From a virus, in IMG/VR virus record IMGVR_UViG_3300010396_000038, positions 204 to 64,203 of that record: 64,000 bases of DNA, one strand, 5' to 3'. Of this stretch, positions 26,212-34,371 are shown in pieces. The notes under the pieces were generated by a model. The model had not been told where the DNA came from, did not search any database, and saw only the letters and a program-made list of their open reading frames with translations. The translations under genes were made by a program, and so were the position numbers. The stretch's first letter is position 1. The number at the start of each line of letters is the position of its first letter.

Positions 26212-26475
26212 ATGAGAAGGAAACTCCCGGAAGGGTACAGGGCCAGGTTCCAGCACATCCGCCGCCGCGAGCCGCGGCGTCCCGGCTTCGCCGAGACGGA
26301 GGGCGGGGTGTCGGCGAAGGGCGGTCTCACGGTGGTCAAGGTCTTCGACCCGGAGGACAACCTGGTGATCACGGCGAAGGCGGTGTGCAACCCGCAGGAC
26401 TCGTTCAACAAGAGGATCGGGCGCGACATCTCGCTCGGGCGAGCGCTCAAGGCGATGGAGGAGCGCGGGCTGTGA
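26212..26475 (+). CDS. hypothetical protein (87 aa)
   Basis: High GC3; conserved-looking VVKVFDPEDNLVITAKAVCNPQDSFNKRIGRDISLGRAL. Confidence 0.4.
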   Translation: MRRKLPEGYRARFQHIRRREPRRPGFAETEGGVSAKGGLTVVKVFDPEDNLVITAKAVCNPQDSFNKRIGRDISLGRALKAMEERGL

Positions 26476-26906
26476 GGGAGCCCGTCGAGGCCGGCCAGCG
26501 GATGGCGTTCTACGGGATCCTCGTGGACGACCGTCAGCTGGCCGAGGTCGGCGCCTACGGCGGGAGGTGCCTGGTCCGGGGCAGGATGTGGGACGTGAGG
26601 CACTTCCCGGGCGTGACCCTGCGCGGCGCCGCCGGGGACGTCGCGCACGCGCGCCTCTGGTCGCCGCCCGCGGACGACCTGGACCGCGCGCTGGTGGTGG
26701 CCGCGCTGGACAACGTCGAGGGCTACACGGGGGACCCGGCGACGTCGATGTACATGCGCCGCTGGGTGAGGCTCGCGTGGCCCGCCGACGAGTGGGCCTG
26801 GGTCTACGAGTGGAACTACGAGACGGACGGCCTGCTGCCCGTGCCGGGCGGGGACTGGCGAGCCTGGACGGGCCGTCCCTGGCCCAAAACGTTAGCGTTA
26901 CACTAA
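26472..26906 (+). CDS. gamma-glutamyl cyclotransferase-like (AIG2/GGCT fold) protein
   Basis: N-terminal AFYGILVDD resembles the YGTL/YGSL motif. Later LDNVEGY resembles LD..EG..Y. GTGA overlap start; an alternative ATG lies at 26502. Confidence 0.5.
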   Translation: MREPVEAGQRMAFYGILVDDRQLAEVGAYGGRCLVRGRMWDVRHFPGVTLRGAAGDVAHARLWSPPADDLDRALVVAALDNVEGYTGDPATSMYMRRWVRLAWPADEWAWVYEWNYETDGLLPVPGGDWRAWTGRPWPKTLALH

Positions 26907-26908
26907 CG
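26890..26908. promoter_or_regulatory. palindromic operator-like motif CGTTAG-CGTTACA-CTAACG (copy 2), overlapping the last codons of the GGCT-like gene
   Basis: 17/19 identical to copy 1. Sits 4 nt upstream of a TTGCGA -35-like hexamer. Confidence 0.4.
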
Positions 26909-26912
26909 GCAG

Positions 26913-26944
26913 TTGCGAACGCGGACCACACGGACTATTATAAT
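26913..26944 (+). promoter_or_regulatory. promoter-like element TTGCGA-N17-TATTATAAT (extended AT-rich -10)
   Basis: The best consensus-like promoter in the window. A leaderless ATG at 26948 or the RBS-preceded ATG at 26984 follows. Confidence 0.45.
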
Positions 26945-26983
26945 CCCATGAGTCAGCGCGACCCCCACAACCCGAAGGAGAGC

Positions 26984-27385
26984 ATGAGCAACGCACTGAA
27001 GGCCGCTGGAGCGGTCCTCGCGACCGTCGTAGTGGTCGCCGCGATCGTCCTCGGCGGCTGGGCCGTCGGATGGTGGTTCACCACCCAGAACACCAACCGG
27101 GAGGCCCACCTCTACCGCAGTTCCTACGGGAACCAGCAGACCCTGCGCGACGCGATCACGGCCGGAATCTCGCAGGTGGCCACCGACACGTCGCAGGTCG
27201 ACGCCACGTCGGGCCAGGAGCAGGCCGACCTCAAGGCCCAGCGCTACGCCCACGTCGGGCAGGTCTGCGCCGAGGCCGCGCAGGTCACGGGCGACCCGCT
27301 GTCGGCCGACCAGCAGGCGTTCGTCTCGACGAACTGTTCCGCGGGCGCGGTGAGCCCGACCTCCCAGTACGCGCCCGGCCGCTAG
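26984..27385 (+). CDS. membrane-anchored protein (N-terminal TM helix)
   Basis: RBS AAGGAGAG. TM segment AVLATVVVVAAIVLGGWAVGWWF. An alternative leaderless start lies at 26948. Confidence 0.5.
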   Translation: MSNALKAAGAVLATVVVVAAIVLGGWAVGWWFTTQNTNREAHLYRSSYGNQQTLRDAITAGISQVATDTSQVDATSGQEQADLKAQRYAHVGQVCAEAAQVTGDPLSADQQAFVSTNCSAGAVSPTSQYAPGR

Positions 27386-27405
27386 GCCGGCACGAAAGGA
27401 ACCAC

Positions 27406-27996
27406 ATGAAGCGCAACCGCACCGCCCTCGCCGTCGCGTCGCTGGCGGTCGTCTTCTCGGTCGCTGCCTGCGGCCACGGCAACGCCACCAACAGGGCCCA
27501 GGTCATCGAGCAGAAGCAGCAGGGCATCGACTCCTACAACCTCGACGTCAACCAGCCGGTCCCCGGCTTCAACCGCTCCGTGATCAGGCAGGAGCTGATC
27601 GACATCCAGACCGCCGAGGCCAACGGGGAGCAGTCCACGACGTTCTTCATGAACTTCTCCGACCACCCCGAGGGGTCGTGCCCGTCGCTCGGCGCCCCGG
27701 TCCCGACCACCGACCAGCTCACCAACCCGGTGCAGGTGCAGAAGGACAACGTCGCGCCGATCTGGAACGGCGGCGGCAACGTCGGCATCGGGCAGGAGGA
27801 CCCGATCGGCGTCTACACCGGCGACTCCAGCGGCACCTGGGTCATGTGCGTGGACACCAACGACGGCAAGGTCGTCCCGCAGTATTGGGAGGGCAACGTC
27901 CGGGTGGTCATGGGCCCCGCCGTCTGGGACTCGGCGACCAACGGCCCGAAGCTCACCGGTGAGCCGTCCAGCCTCTTCCAGAACCTGAAGCACTAA
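27406..27996 (+). CDS. lipoprotein (signal peptide + lipobox VAAC)
   Basis: MKRNRTALAVASLAVVFSVAAC.. signal; RBS GAAAGGAACC. Confidence 0.6.
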   Translation: MKRNRTALAVASLAVVFSVAACGHGNATNRAQVIEQKQQGIDSYNLDVNQPVPGFNRSVIRQELIDIQTAEANGEQSTTFFMNFSDHPEGSCPSLGAPVPTTDQLTNPVQVQKDNVAPIWNGGGNVGIGQEDPIGVYTGDSSGTWVMCVDTNDGKVVPQYWEGNVRVVMGPAVWDSATNGPKLTGEPSSLFQNLKH

Positions 27997-28017
27997 GCGT
28001 CCTCCTCCAGGGACATC

Positions 28018-28088
28018 AGGGGAGTGGTCTAGTGGTACGATGCGGGTCTCCAAAACTCGCGACTCGGGTTCGATTCCCGGCTCCCCTG
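28018..28088 (+). tRNA. tRNA-Trp (anticodon CCA)
   Basis: Cloverleaf built by hand: acceptor AGGGGAG/CTCCCCT, anticodon stem CGGGT/ACTCG with loop CTCCAAA, T-arm TCGGG-TTCGATT-CCCGG. Close to bacterial tRNA-Trp. 3' CCA not encoded. Confidence 0.8.
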
Positions 28089-28123
28089 CTAGCAGTAACG
28101 ACAAGACCGACGAGAGGAACCGC

Positions 28124-28489
28124 ATGCCCTGGCAACGACCGACGTACCTGACCCGCGACGAGATCTTCCTGCAGCTCGCCAGGCGCGGCGTCGCGACCGC
28201 CTCGGCGGAGTTCTCCGGCGGCAACGACGAGGGGTACGTCGAGGACTACGGTCTCTACGACGGGGACGGCGCGGAGGTCGGGTCGATCGCCGAGCACTCC
28301 TACCGCGGTCACCAGGAGCCAGAGGACGAGATGCTGGCCGGCTCGATGAGCGAGGTCCTGACCGAGGCGATCGGCGGGTTCAACGGCGACTTCTCGGTGA
28401 ACGGCACCGTGACGTGGGACGTCCAGGCCCGGACGGTGCGCGTCGACAAGAACGAGACCGTCTGGCAGCACTTCGTCGAGGAGATCTGA
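28124..28489 (+). CDS. hypothetical protein (121 aa)
   Basis: RBS GAGAGGAAC before the ATG; high GC3. Confidence 0.5.
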   Translation: MPWQRPTYLTRDEIFLQLARRGVATASAEFSGGNDEGYVEDYGLYDGDGAEVGSIAEHSYRGHQEPEDEMLAGSMSEVLTEAIGGFNGDFSVNGTVTWDVQARTVRVDKNETVWQHFVEEI

Positions 28490-28490
28490 C

Positions 28491-28874
28491 GTGGCGAACC
28501 CGTACCACCACGCGGTCTCGTCCGCCCGGAAGTGGGGCGGGAAGCCGGAGGACTACCTGCACGTGCACGAGTGGTTCGACGAGACCAAGGGCTGGCTGCC
28601 GGACTTCCGGCACCGCTCGGTCCGTCACCACTCGGAGGGCATCGCGCAGGCGGTGGAGCTGTTCCCGCCGATCCACATCCCGATGAGGCGCAAGGGCGGC
28701 GTGGACCGGATCAAGGTGGTCCCGATCCGGTGGGTGGCCGAGCAGCACGTGACGGAGGACCTCGGGCGGATCCCGACGGCCGCCGACTGGCTGCGGGCGA
28801 TGAGGCCGGAGCCGTGGATGACCAGGGCCAGGAAACTTTCAATCGAGCTGGAGGAAGAGGAGGTGGCGGCGTGA
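28491..28874 (+). CDS. hypothetical protein (127 aa)
   Basis: High GC3; GTG start. Confidence 0.45.
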   Translation: MANPYHHAVSSARKWGGKPEDYLHVHEWFDETKGWLPDFRHRSVRHHSEGIAQAVELFPPIHIPMRRKGGVDRIKVVPIRWVAEQHVTEDLGRIPTAADWLRAMRPEPWMTRARKLSIELEEEEVAA

Positions 28875-29338
28875 CCGTCATGCTGACCGAGGAGCAGGCG
28901 CGTAAGGCGCTCGAGGCCGCCCGCGACGTCGAGGGGCGGGCGGCCGGCGTGCGGCGCCAGGTGGAGGTGTCGCTGCTGAGGGCGATCCTGGCGGGGTACG
29001 CCGAGCGGTACCCGACCATCGCGGGGTTCGCGTTCAGCTCGCACCACGAGTACGATGACCAGTCGAGCTACTACTGGTACACGACCGTGAGGCCGATCAT
29101 GGCGGACGGGTACGAGCCGGAGGACCTGGGCACCGTCCCCGTCTCCGGCTACGGCGACAAGGTCTACCAGTACCCGGTCGCGGACCGGCTGCACGAGCTG
29201 GTGGGCGAGGAGTTCGGGGGCGAGGATGGCGTCAGGGCCTGGCGGTCGCTGATCGGCAAGCCCGTCGTCGGCGAGGTCGACGGCTGGGGCCTCGAGGGCT
29301 CGATCTCGTCCGACGACCTGCGGGACCAGCGGCCGTGA
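28871..29338 (+). CDS. hypothetical protein (155 aa)
   Basis: GTGA overlap start; high GC3. Confidence 0.45.
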   Translation: MTVMLTEEQARKALEAARDVEGRAAGVRRQVEVSLLRAILAGYAERYPTIAGFAFSSHHEYDDQSSYYWYTTVRPIMADGYEPEDLGTVPVSGYGDKVYQYPVADRLHELVGEEFGGEDGVRAWRSLIGKPVVGEVDGWGLEGSISSDDLRDQRP

Positions 29339-29547
29339 GCGAGCTCCAGGAGGTCATCGCCCGCGGCTACATCGGCCGCCTGCAGGACTCGCTGGTAGGG
29401 CTCAAGGACCGCGTCGAGGCGACGCGCGACGGGGTGCCGCTGTGCGAGGCCGCCGCCGAGGAGTTCTCCAAGGCGATCGAGCTGATCGGGCAGGCGGGCG
29501 CCTGCCTCGAGGCGGCCCGGCACCGCACGCTGGGGGTGAGCTCGTGA
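29335..29547 (+). CDS. hypothetical protein (70 aa)
   Basis: GTGA overlap start. Confidence 0.4.
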   Translation: MSELQEVIARGYIGRLQDSLVGLKDRVEATRDGVPLCEAAAEEFSKAIELIGQAGACLEAARHRTLGVSS

Positions 29548-29759
29548 CCGTGGTCAAGGTCAAGCTCTGCCCGCCCTGCGGCGGGTACGAGCCCACGGGG
29601 TCGGGCTTCGCCGACCGGGGCGTCACGCTCGGGCAGTGCGACGGCTGCGGCGGCTCGATGCGGGAGATCCACTGGTTCGACTCCGTCCTGGTGCGGGGCG
29701 GCTGCGGCTGCGCGTTCCAGGCCGGGAGCCGGCACGAGAGCGTGGAGGCGACGGCGTGA
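29544..29759 (+). CDS. hypothetical Cys-rich protein (CPPCGG..CDGCGG..GCGC)
   Basis: GTGA overlap start; paired CxxC motifs suggest a zinc ribbon. Confidence 0.4.
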   Translation: MTVVKVKLCPPCGGYEPTGSGFADRGVTLGQCDGCGGSMREIHWFDSVLVRGGCGCAFQAGSRHESVEATA

Positions 29760-29962
29760 TGGCCAAGATATGCAGGGCCGCCGGCCTCGCGGGCGCGGCC
29801 GGCGTCGCGGCCAGCACCGCGGCGGCGTCGGCGCCGACCCTGCGGGTGATCGCCTACGCGCTGTTCTTCAGGCGGCTGCGCAGGAAGTTCCCGGAACTGT
29901 TCGACGGCGCCGCGGCGTCGGTGTCGGTGTCCAAGGCGCTGGCGGAGGACGGTTACACATGA
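29759..29962 (+). CDS. hypothetical protein (67 aa, Ala-rich)
   Basis: Start overlaps the upstream stop. Confidence 0.35.
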   Translation: MAKICRAAGLAGAAGVAASTAAASAPTLRVIAYALFFRRLRRKFPELFDGAAASVSVSKALAEDGYT

Positions 29963-30420
29963 TGAGCCCCGAGAGCGCGGAGCGCGCGGTCAGAGAGATG
30001 TACGAGGACGAGCGCGACAAGCTGGGCTACCCCGCGATCGAGCACATCGCGAGGGTCGCGCACGCGGTCGACGAGCGGATGCGGTTCGCGGGCGAGCTCA
30101 GGCGGCACGCCGCCGTCGTCGCGTGGCTGCACGACGCGGTCGAGGACGGGCACATGTCGTTCCGCCAGGTGTACGACGAGGTCGACGCGCTGGTGTTCCG
30201 GTGCATGCTGCTCCTGACCCGAGACGGCAAGGGCACGTACATGGACTACATCCGGCGGCTGCGGGACGAGCCGGGCGACGCGGGCAACGTCGTGCGGGTC
30301 GTGAAGGGCTGCGACCTGGACGACAACATGAGCCGGCCCTGCCCGCCGGAGATGACGGGCATGCGCGAGCCGGGCGGTCGGTACTGGCGCGCCAAGCGGG
30401 CGCTGGAGGGCCGGGCGTGA
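29959..30420 (+). CDS. HD-domain protein resembling the (p)ppGpp hydrolase (SpoT/Mesh1-like) domain
   Basis: IEHIARVA..AAVVAWLHDAVEDG resembles AALLHDVVEDT. VKGCDLDDNM resembles VKLADRLHNM. Confidence 0.55.
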   Translation: MMSPESAERAVREMYEDERDKLGYPAIEHIARVAHAVDERMRFAGELRRHAAVVAWLHDAVEDGHMSFRQVYDEVDALVFRCMLLLTRDGKGTYMDYIRRLRDEPGDAGNVVRVVKGCDLDDNMSRPCPPEMTGMREPGGRYWRAKRALEGRA

Positions 30421-30593
30421 GGGCCCGCGAGGTGGTGGACCTCGAGGAGGTCGAGCGCCAGATGGAGCGGGCCTCCGACGCGGAGGTCCTGCGACGGCTC
30501 GTCGTGCACGCCCGCGAGACCGGCCTGTTCGACGACATGATGAAGCTGGCCACGCTGGTCGAGCACTTCAAGGAAAGGGAGGGTCTGACATGA
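30417..30593 (+). CDS. hypothetical protein (58 aa)
   Basis: GTGA overlap start. Confidence 0.35.
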   Translation: MRAREVVDLEEVERQMERASDAEVLRRLVVHARETGLFDDMMKLATLVEHFKEREGLT

Positions 30594-30853
30594 ACGCGCA
30601 GACGCGGTACATCTACGAGCACGTCGGCGAGGGCGAGACCAGGATCGTCACGCACACGAACTGGCTCAAGCTGTCGAGCTGGGGCTACGTCCACGCGATG
30701 GTCAAGGACAGGAAGATCGGCGCCGGCATCTACGTCGTGGTGGACATCGACCCGGCCCAGGCCTCGGCGAAGCACCCGGGCGGCGTCAAGGTCGAGATGT
30801 TCGAGGTGCAGCTGGCGGCACTACCGTTCCAGATGGGAGATCGATCCGAATGA
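30590..30853 (+). CDS. hypothetical protein (87 aa)
   Basis: ATGA overlap start; high GC3. Confidence 0.45.
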   Translation: MNAQTRYIYEHVGEGETRIVTHTNWLKLSSWGYVHAMVKDRKIGAGIYVVVDIDPAQASAKHPGGVKVEMFEVQLAALPFQMGDRSE

Positions 30854-31092
30854 GGCTAGACGGCGACACGCTCGTCCTGAGCGAGAAGAACCTGCTGACC
30901 CTGCTGACGAAGCTCTACACCGGCGGCAGCGAGTGCATGATCGGCGGCCCGGCGGGGTGCCCGATGCGGGCCAAGGCGGAGCCGGACGAGGTCCACTACG
31001 CCAAGCGCCTGCCCGCGGGCAAGATGCACCCGGTCACGGAGCGCATCCTCGCGGCGGTGCGTGAGGCCACCGAGGGGGCGGTCATCCGATGA
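30850..31092 (+). CDS. hypothetical protein (80 aa)
   Basis: ATGA overlap start. Confidence 0.45.
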   Translation: MRLDGDTLVLSEKNLLTLLTKLYTGGSECMIGGPAGCPMRAKAEPDEVHYAKRLPAGKMHPVTERILAAVREATEGAVIR

Positions 31093-31268
31093 CGCCCCTG
31101 GAGCGGGCGGAGGCCGAGCTGCGCGAGCTGATGCACGGGAGCGCGCGGTGGCACTACGCCTTCGCGATGGGGCACGGGTGCTCCATCGGCGAGCAGGACG
31201 AGGTCAGCAGGGCGGTGCGTCGCCGGGACTCGGAGCTCCGGGCGGCCATAGCGGAGCACAAGACGTGA
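31089..31268 (+). CDS. hypothetical protein (59 aa)
   Basis: ATGA overlap start and GTGA overlap end; below the ORF-track cutoff. Confidence 0.35.
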   Translation: MTPLERAEAELRELMHGSARWHYAFAMGHGCSIGEQDEVSRAVRRRDSELRAAIAEHKT

Positions 31269-31555
31269 GGGCCGCACTCGCGATACTCGCGGTCGGCGCC
31301 GTCGTCATCTTCGGGGCGATCGCCCTGGGCGCCGGCCGGGCCGCGTCGGCGCAGCGGCCGGCTCCTCGTGAGTGGTGGGGGCTCGCGGGCCGCGCCAACC
31401 ACGCGTGCTATAGTCACGGCGGCGTGCGACAGCTGTTCGGCCCGACGGGCGGCGGGACCGGGCTCACCTCGGAGACGGACGTCGTCTGCCTCGACGGCTG
31501 GGCCGTCAACGTGGTGCGCGACTCCCAGTACCCGATCTACTACGGCGACCGCTGA
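31265..31555 (+). CDS. membrane protein (96 aa)
   Basis: GTGA overlap start; N-terminal TM helix. Confidence 0.4.
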   Translation: MRAALAILAVGAVVIFGAIALGAGRAASAQRPAPREWWGLAGRANHACYSHGGVRQLFGPTGGGTGLTSETDVVCLDGWAVNVVRDSQYPIYYGDR

Positions 31556-31575
31556 GCGGTCAGACAGGAGAAGAC

Positions 31576-31761
31576 GTGTTCGTACCGTTCCTCATCGCGG
31601 GGCTCATACTCGTGATCGCGGGCCACTCGTGGTTCGCGGCCGCGGCCGCGGTCGGCTGGATCCTCATCGCGGTCTCGGCGGTGATGGTGGTGGTTACGCT
31701 GGCGATCCTGGGCGGCATCGGCTGGATCGCCAGGGAGACGACGAAGGGGACGCGCCGGTGA
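31576..31761 (+). CDS. small membrane protein (61 aa, 2 TM)
   Basis: RBS CAGGAGAAG then GTG; strongly hydrophobic. Confidence 0.45.
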   Translation: MFVPFLIAGLILVIAGHSWFAAAAAVGWILIAVSAVMVVVTLAILGGIGWIARETTKGTRR

Positions 31762-32183
31762 CCCGCGTCCTGACCCCCAACCAGGAGCTCCTCGTCGAGG
31801 AGCTCGAGCGGCTCGACCCGACGGAGCAGTGCTCCGGCATGCTCCGCCGCGGCGACAAGATGTGCGTGCACGGCGTGATCTGCGACCTGTACTCCCGGCT
31901 GACCGGCCGGGGACGGTGGGTCCCGGTGCCGGGCGGCGCGCGGTGCGAGCAGATCTACGCGTTCGAGATCGACGGCCGCGGGGACACGATCGAGGCGCCG
32001 GACGAGGCCCTCGAGTTCTTCGACATCGTGACCGACCCGCCGCCCGGCTCGGAGCTCATCGAGGTGGAGGACGTGATCGGGGACGACGACCTGCTGCTGA
32101 TGCACGAGAACGACGAGCGCGGGCTCACGTTCGCGAACCTGGCCCGGGCGATCCGGACCTGTTCCGGGAAGGTGCGCGAGTAG
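31758..32183 (+). CDS. hypothetical protein (141 aa)
   Basis: GTGA overlap start. Confidence 0.45.
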   Translation: MTRVLTPNQELLVEELERLDPTEQCSGMLRRGDKMCVHGVICDLYSRLTGRGRWVPVPGGARCEQIYAFEIDGRGDTIEAPDEALEFFDIVTDPPPGSELIEVEDVIGDDDLLLMHENDERGLTFANLARAIRTCSGKVRE

Positions 32184-32236
32184 GCGCCGAAAGCGCTTGC
32201 TGAAAGCTGTATTTCAGATCATGAACAGGAGGACGC

Positions 32237-32458
32237 GTGGATTACGAGTACGAGGTGTACACGAGCTGGGAGGGGAGCCGAGGCTGCCGAGTCCCGGTTC
32301 CCGTCACCGCCGGAGACCCGGACGCTGCGGCCCAAGCCCGGCTCGACATGCTGGGGGACCCGGAGAAGTACACCGGGATCGCGGTCGTGGACTCGGTCTG
32401 CGACGAGGTCCACTTCTACACGGTCGAGCCGGAGTACAAGGCGGTGCGGTCGTGCTGA
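32237..32458 (+). CDS. hypothetical protein (73 aa)
   Basis: RBS CAGGAGGA then GTG. Confidence 0.45.
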   Translation: MDYEYEVYTSWEGSRGCRVPVPVTAGDPDAAAQARLDMLGDPEKYTGIAVVDSVCDEVHFYTVEPEYKAVRSC

Positions 32459-32784
32459 ACGTGTCAGACGTGCTCGAGGAGATCGAGATCGGCCTCCACT
32501 ACGCGTTCGACGACGAGGGCGGCTCAGGGGTGGAGAAGGCGGCGCCGGGCGAGGCGGTGTCCCTCGAGCCGTTCGGGATCGACGACGTGGCCGAGGTCGA
32601 GGCGATCGGCCACATCAACGACGACACGCTGGTCCTGGGCCGGCTGTGCGACGACCGGTTCTTCGTCCTCTGGTGGGGACACGACTACACGTTCGTCTGG
32701 GGCGGCGCGCGGGTCTCGAACGACCGGGACACGATCGAGGCCCTCGGGCTGGACAAGTACGAGAGGACGGCGCTGGGACTGTGA
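32455..32784 (+). CDS. hypothetical protein (109 aa)
   Basis: GTG overlapping the upstream stop. Confidence 0.4.
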   Translation: MNVSDVLEEIEIGLHYAFDDEGGSGVEKAAPGEAVSLEPFGIDDVAEVEAIGHINDDTLVLGRLCDDRFFVLWWGHDYTFVWGGARVSNDRDTIEALGLDKYERTALGL

Positions 32785-33221
32785 GCTACTTCGACGAGAT
32801 GGGCGGCCCGCGCTCGATACAGGACTGCATCACGATCAAGCGCGAGGTCGAGGAGACGCTCCGCGACATGGAGCGGTCTTTCAACAGGGGCTCGGTCATG
32901 GATCTTCGCGACCGGCTCGACGCCCTGCGCGACGAGCACCCGACGATCGAGCGGTTCGGGTTCCAGGCGGCCTGGTCCTACGACGACGAGGGCAGCCACT
33001 ACTGGACGGCGCACCCGGTCGTCGAGCCGGGCGAGGACGACGAGCGCTGGGCGAGGCGCAAGAGCGGGTACGGGGACTACGAGGTCTCCGAGTACTGGGA
33101 CGTCACCGAGGACAACTCGCTCTGGAAAGTGTCGATCGACACCTGGGCGGCGGCGGCCGGTGTTGAGGGCGGCGTCGAGGAGGGCAAGACCTACTGGATC
33201 GGAGAGACTGAGAATGGGTAG
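32781..33221 (+). CDS. hypothetical protein (146 aa)
   Basis: GTGA overlap start. Confidence 0.45.
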   Translation: MSYFDEMGGPRSIQDCITIKREVEETLRDMERSFNRGSVMDLRDRLDALRDEHPTIERFGFQAAWSYDDEGSHYWTAHPVVEPGEDDERWARRKSGYGDYEVSEYWDVTEDNSLWKVSIDTWAAAAGVEGGVEEGKTYWIGETENG

Positions 33222-33405
33222 AGCACTGGGAATCATCGGCACGACCCTGGCCGGCGGCGTCGTCGGCCTGTACGCCGGAACGTGGCACGGGGAGCGCACC
33301 GGCGGAGGGGACCTCTTCGGGTTCGGAGCCCTGGTCTCCGGCATGATCGGTGCGATGATCGGGCTCCTCACCGGGCTGGTCGGAGGGTTGGTGCTGTTCC
33401 TATGA
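33214..33405 (+). CDS. Gly-rich small membrane protein (glycine-zipper, holin-like)
   Basis: GIIGTTLAGGVVGLYAG..GALVSGMIGAMIGLLTGLVGGLVLFL. Confidence 0.4.
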   Translation: MGRALGIIGTTLAGGVVGLYAGTWHGERTGGGDLFGFGALVSGMIGAMIGLLTGLVGGLVLFL

Positions 33406-33755
33406 CCGGCGCGAGGAGGATCATCGCAGTCGGCGCCGCGGCGCTCGCCGTCGGCGGGGCCGTGACGGCGTGCGGCCAGTCCAACGACTACCCGACGTGC
33501 CGGCCGCACTCCCAGAAGTGCCGGCAGACGGCGGACGACACGTGGGTGCCGTACTGGTACTACGCGTCGCTGCTCAGGGCGCAGCACACGACGCGCCCGA
33601 CGGCCAAGACGGGGGCGACACCGACCGGCTCGGAGGAGCGGAGCGCCGGCGCGCCGGAGAGCGCGGTCGAGCACTTCTCGGCGCCGAGCGAGTCTGAGCA
33701 CCCATCGGCGCCGTCGGAGCGCGTCGCCCCGTCGGTGCACATCTCGGAGCCGTGA
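33402..33755 (+). CDS. putative lipoprotein (117 aa)
   Basis: ATGA overlap start; signal-like N-terminus with AVTAC lipobox-like Cys. Confidence 0.4.
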   Translation: MTGARRIIAVGAAALAVGGAVTACGQSNDYPTCRPHSQKCRQTADDTWVPYWYYASLLRAQHTTRPTAKTGATPTGSEERSAGAPESAVEHFSAPSESEHPSAPSERVAPSVHISEP

Positions 33756-34177
33756 TGGGGGTCTCGAAACGCACCAAGGAGAAGCTCACGCTCTGGGTCG
33801 AGGACCTCGAGCGGGGCGGGCACCTGCAGACGGGGGGCCAGCTGCACGGGATCGAGGCCGACCGTTGTACGCACAGGTACTGTTGCCTAGGCCGTCTCGC
33901 GGAAGTCGCGATCGCGGACGGCGTCAACATGGTGGTGACCACCCGGGACGAGCGGAGCCTGCCGGGCTCGCCCGAGGGGCTGCCCGTCCGCACGGCCGTC
34001 GGGTACGACGGGGAGTTCGGGTTCGTCCCGGAGCGGGTCTACGAGTGGCTGGACATGTCGGAGAGCCACACCCGCGCGTTCTTCACGTACGCGAAGATGA
34101 ACGACCGAGGTTACCGGTTCCCGGAGATCGCGGAGCAGGTCAGGGCGGACTTCGGTCTCGGGGAGCGTGAGGCGTGA
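33752..34177 (+). CDS. hypothetical protein (141 aa)
   Basis: Start overlaps the upstream stop; high GC3. Confidence 0.45.
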   Translation: MMGVSKRTKEKLTLWVEDLERGGHLQTGGQLHGIEADRCTHRYCCLGRLAEVAIADGVNMVVTTRDERSLPGSPEGLPVRTAVGYDGEFGFVPERVYEWLDMSESHTRAFFTYAKMNDRGYRFPEIAEQVRADFGLGEREA

Positions 34178-34365
34178 ACATCAGGGTGAGGATCGGCACT
34201 TTCTTCGCGGCGAACGCCAGGTACGACGCGGTCGTCTGCCAGGTGGACGACGAGGAGTGGGAGGAGATGAGCGAGAAGGAGCGGGACGACTTCCTGCGCG
34301 AGGTCGCCCAGGACGAGCTCAACAACCAGGTCGACGCGGAGGCGTTCGCGGAGCCCGAGGACTGA
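34174..34365 (+). CDS. hypothetical acidic protein (63 aa)
   Basis: GTGA overlap start. Confidence 0.4.
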   Translation: MNIRVRIGTFFAANARYDAVVCQVDDEEWEEMSEKERDDFLREVAQDELNNQVDAEAFAEPED

Positions 34366-34371
34366 GACGCG

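Noticed and set aside
28016-28489. ORFs 28016..28471 (-) and 28040..28489 (+) covering the tRNA-Trp locus
   Set aside because: They overlap a clear tRNA cloverleaf. The forward ORF is real only from the RBS-preceded ATG at 28124.
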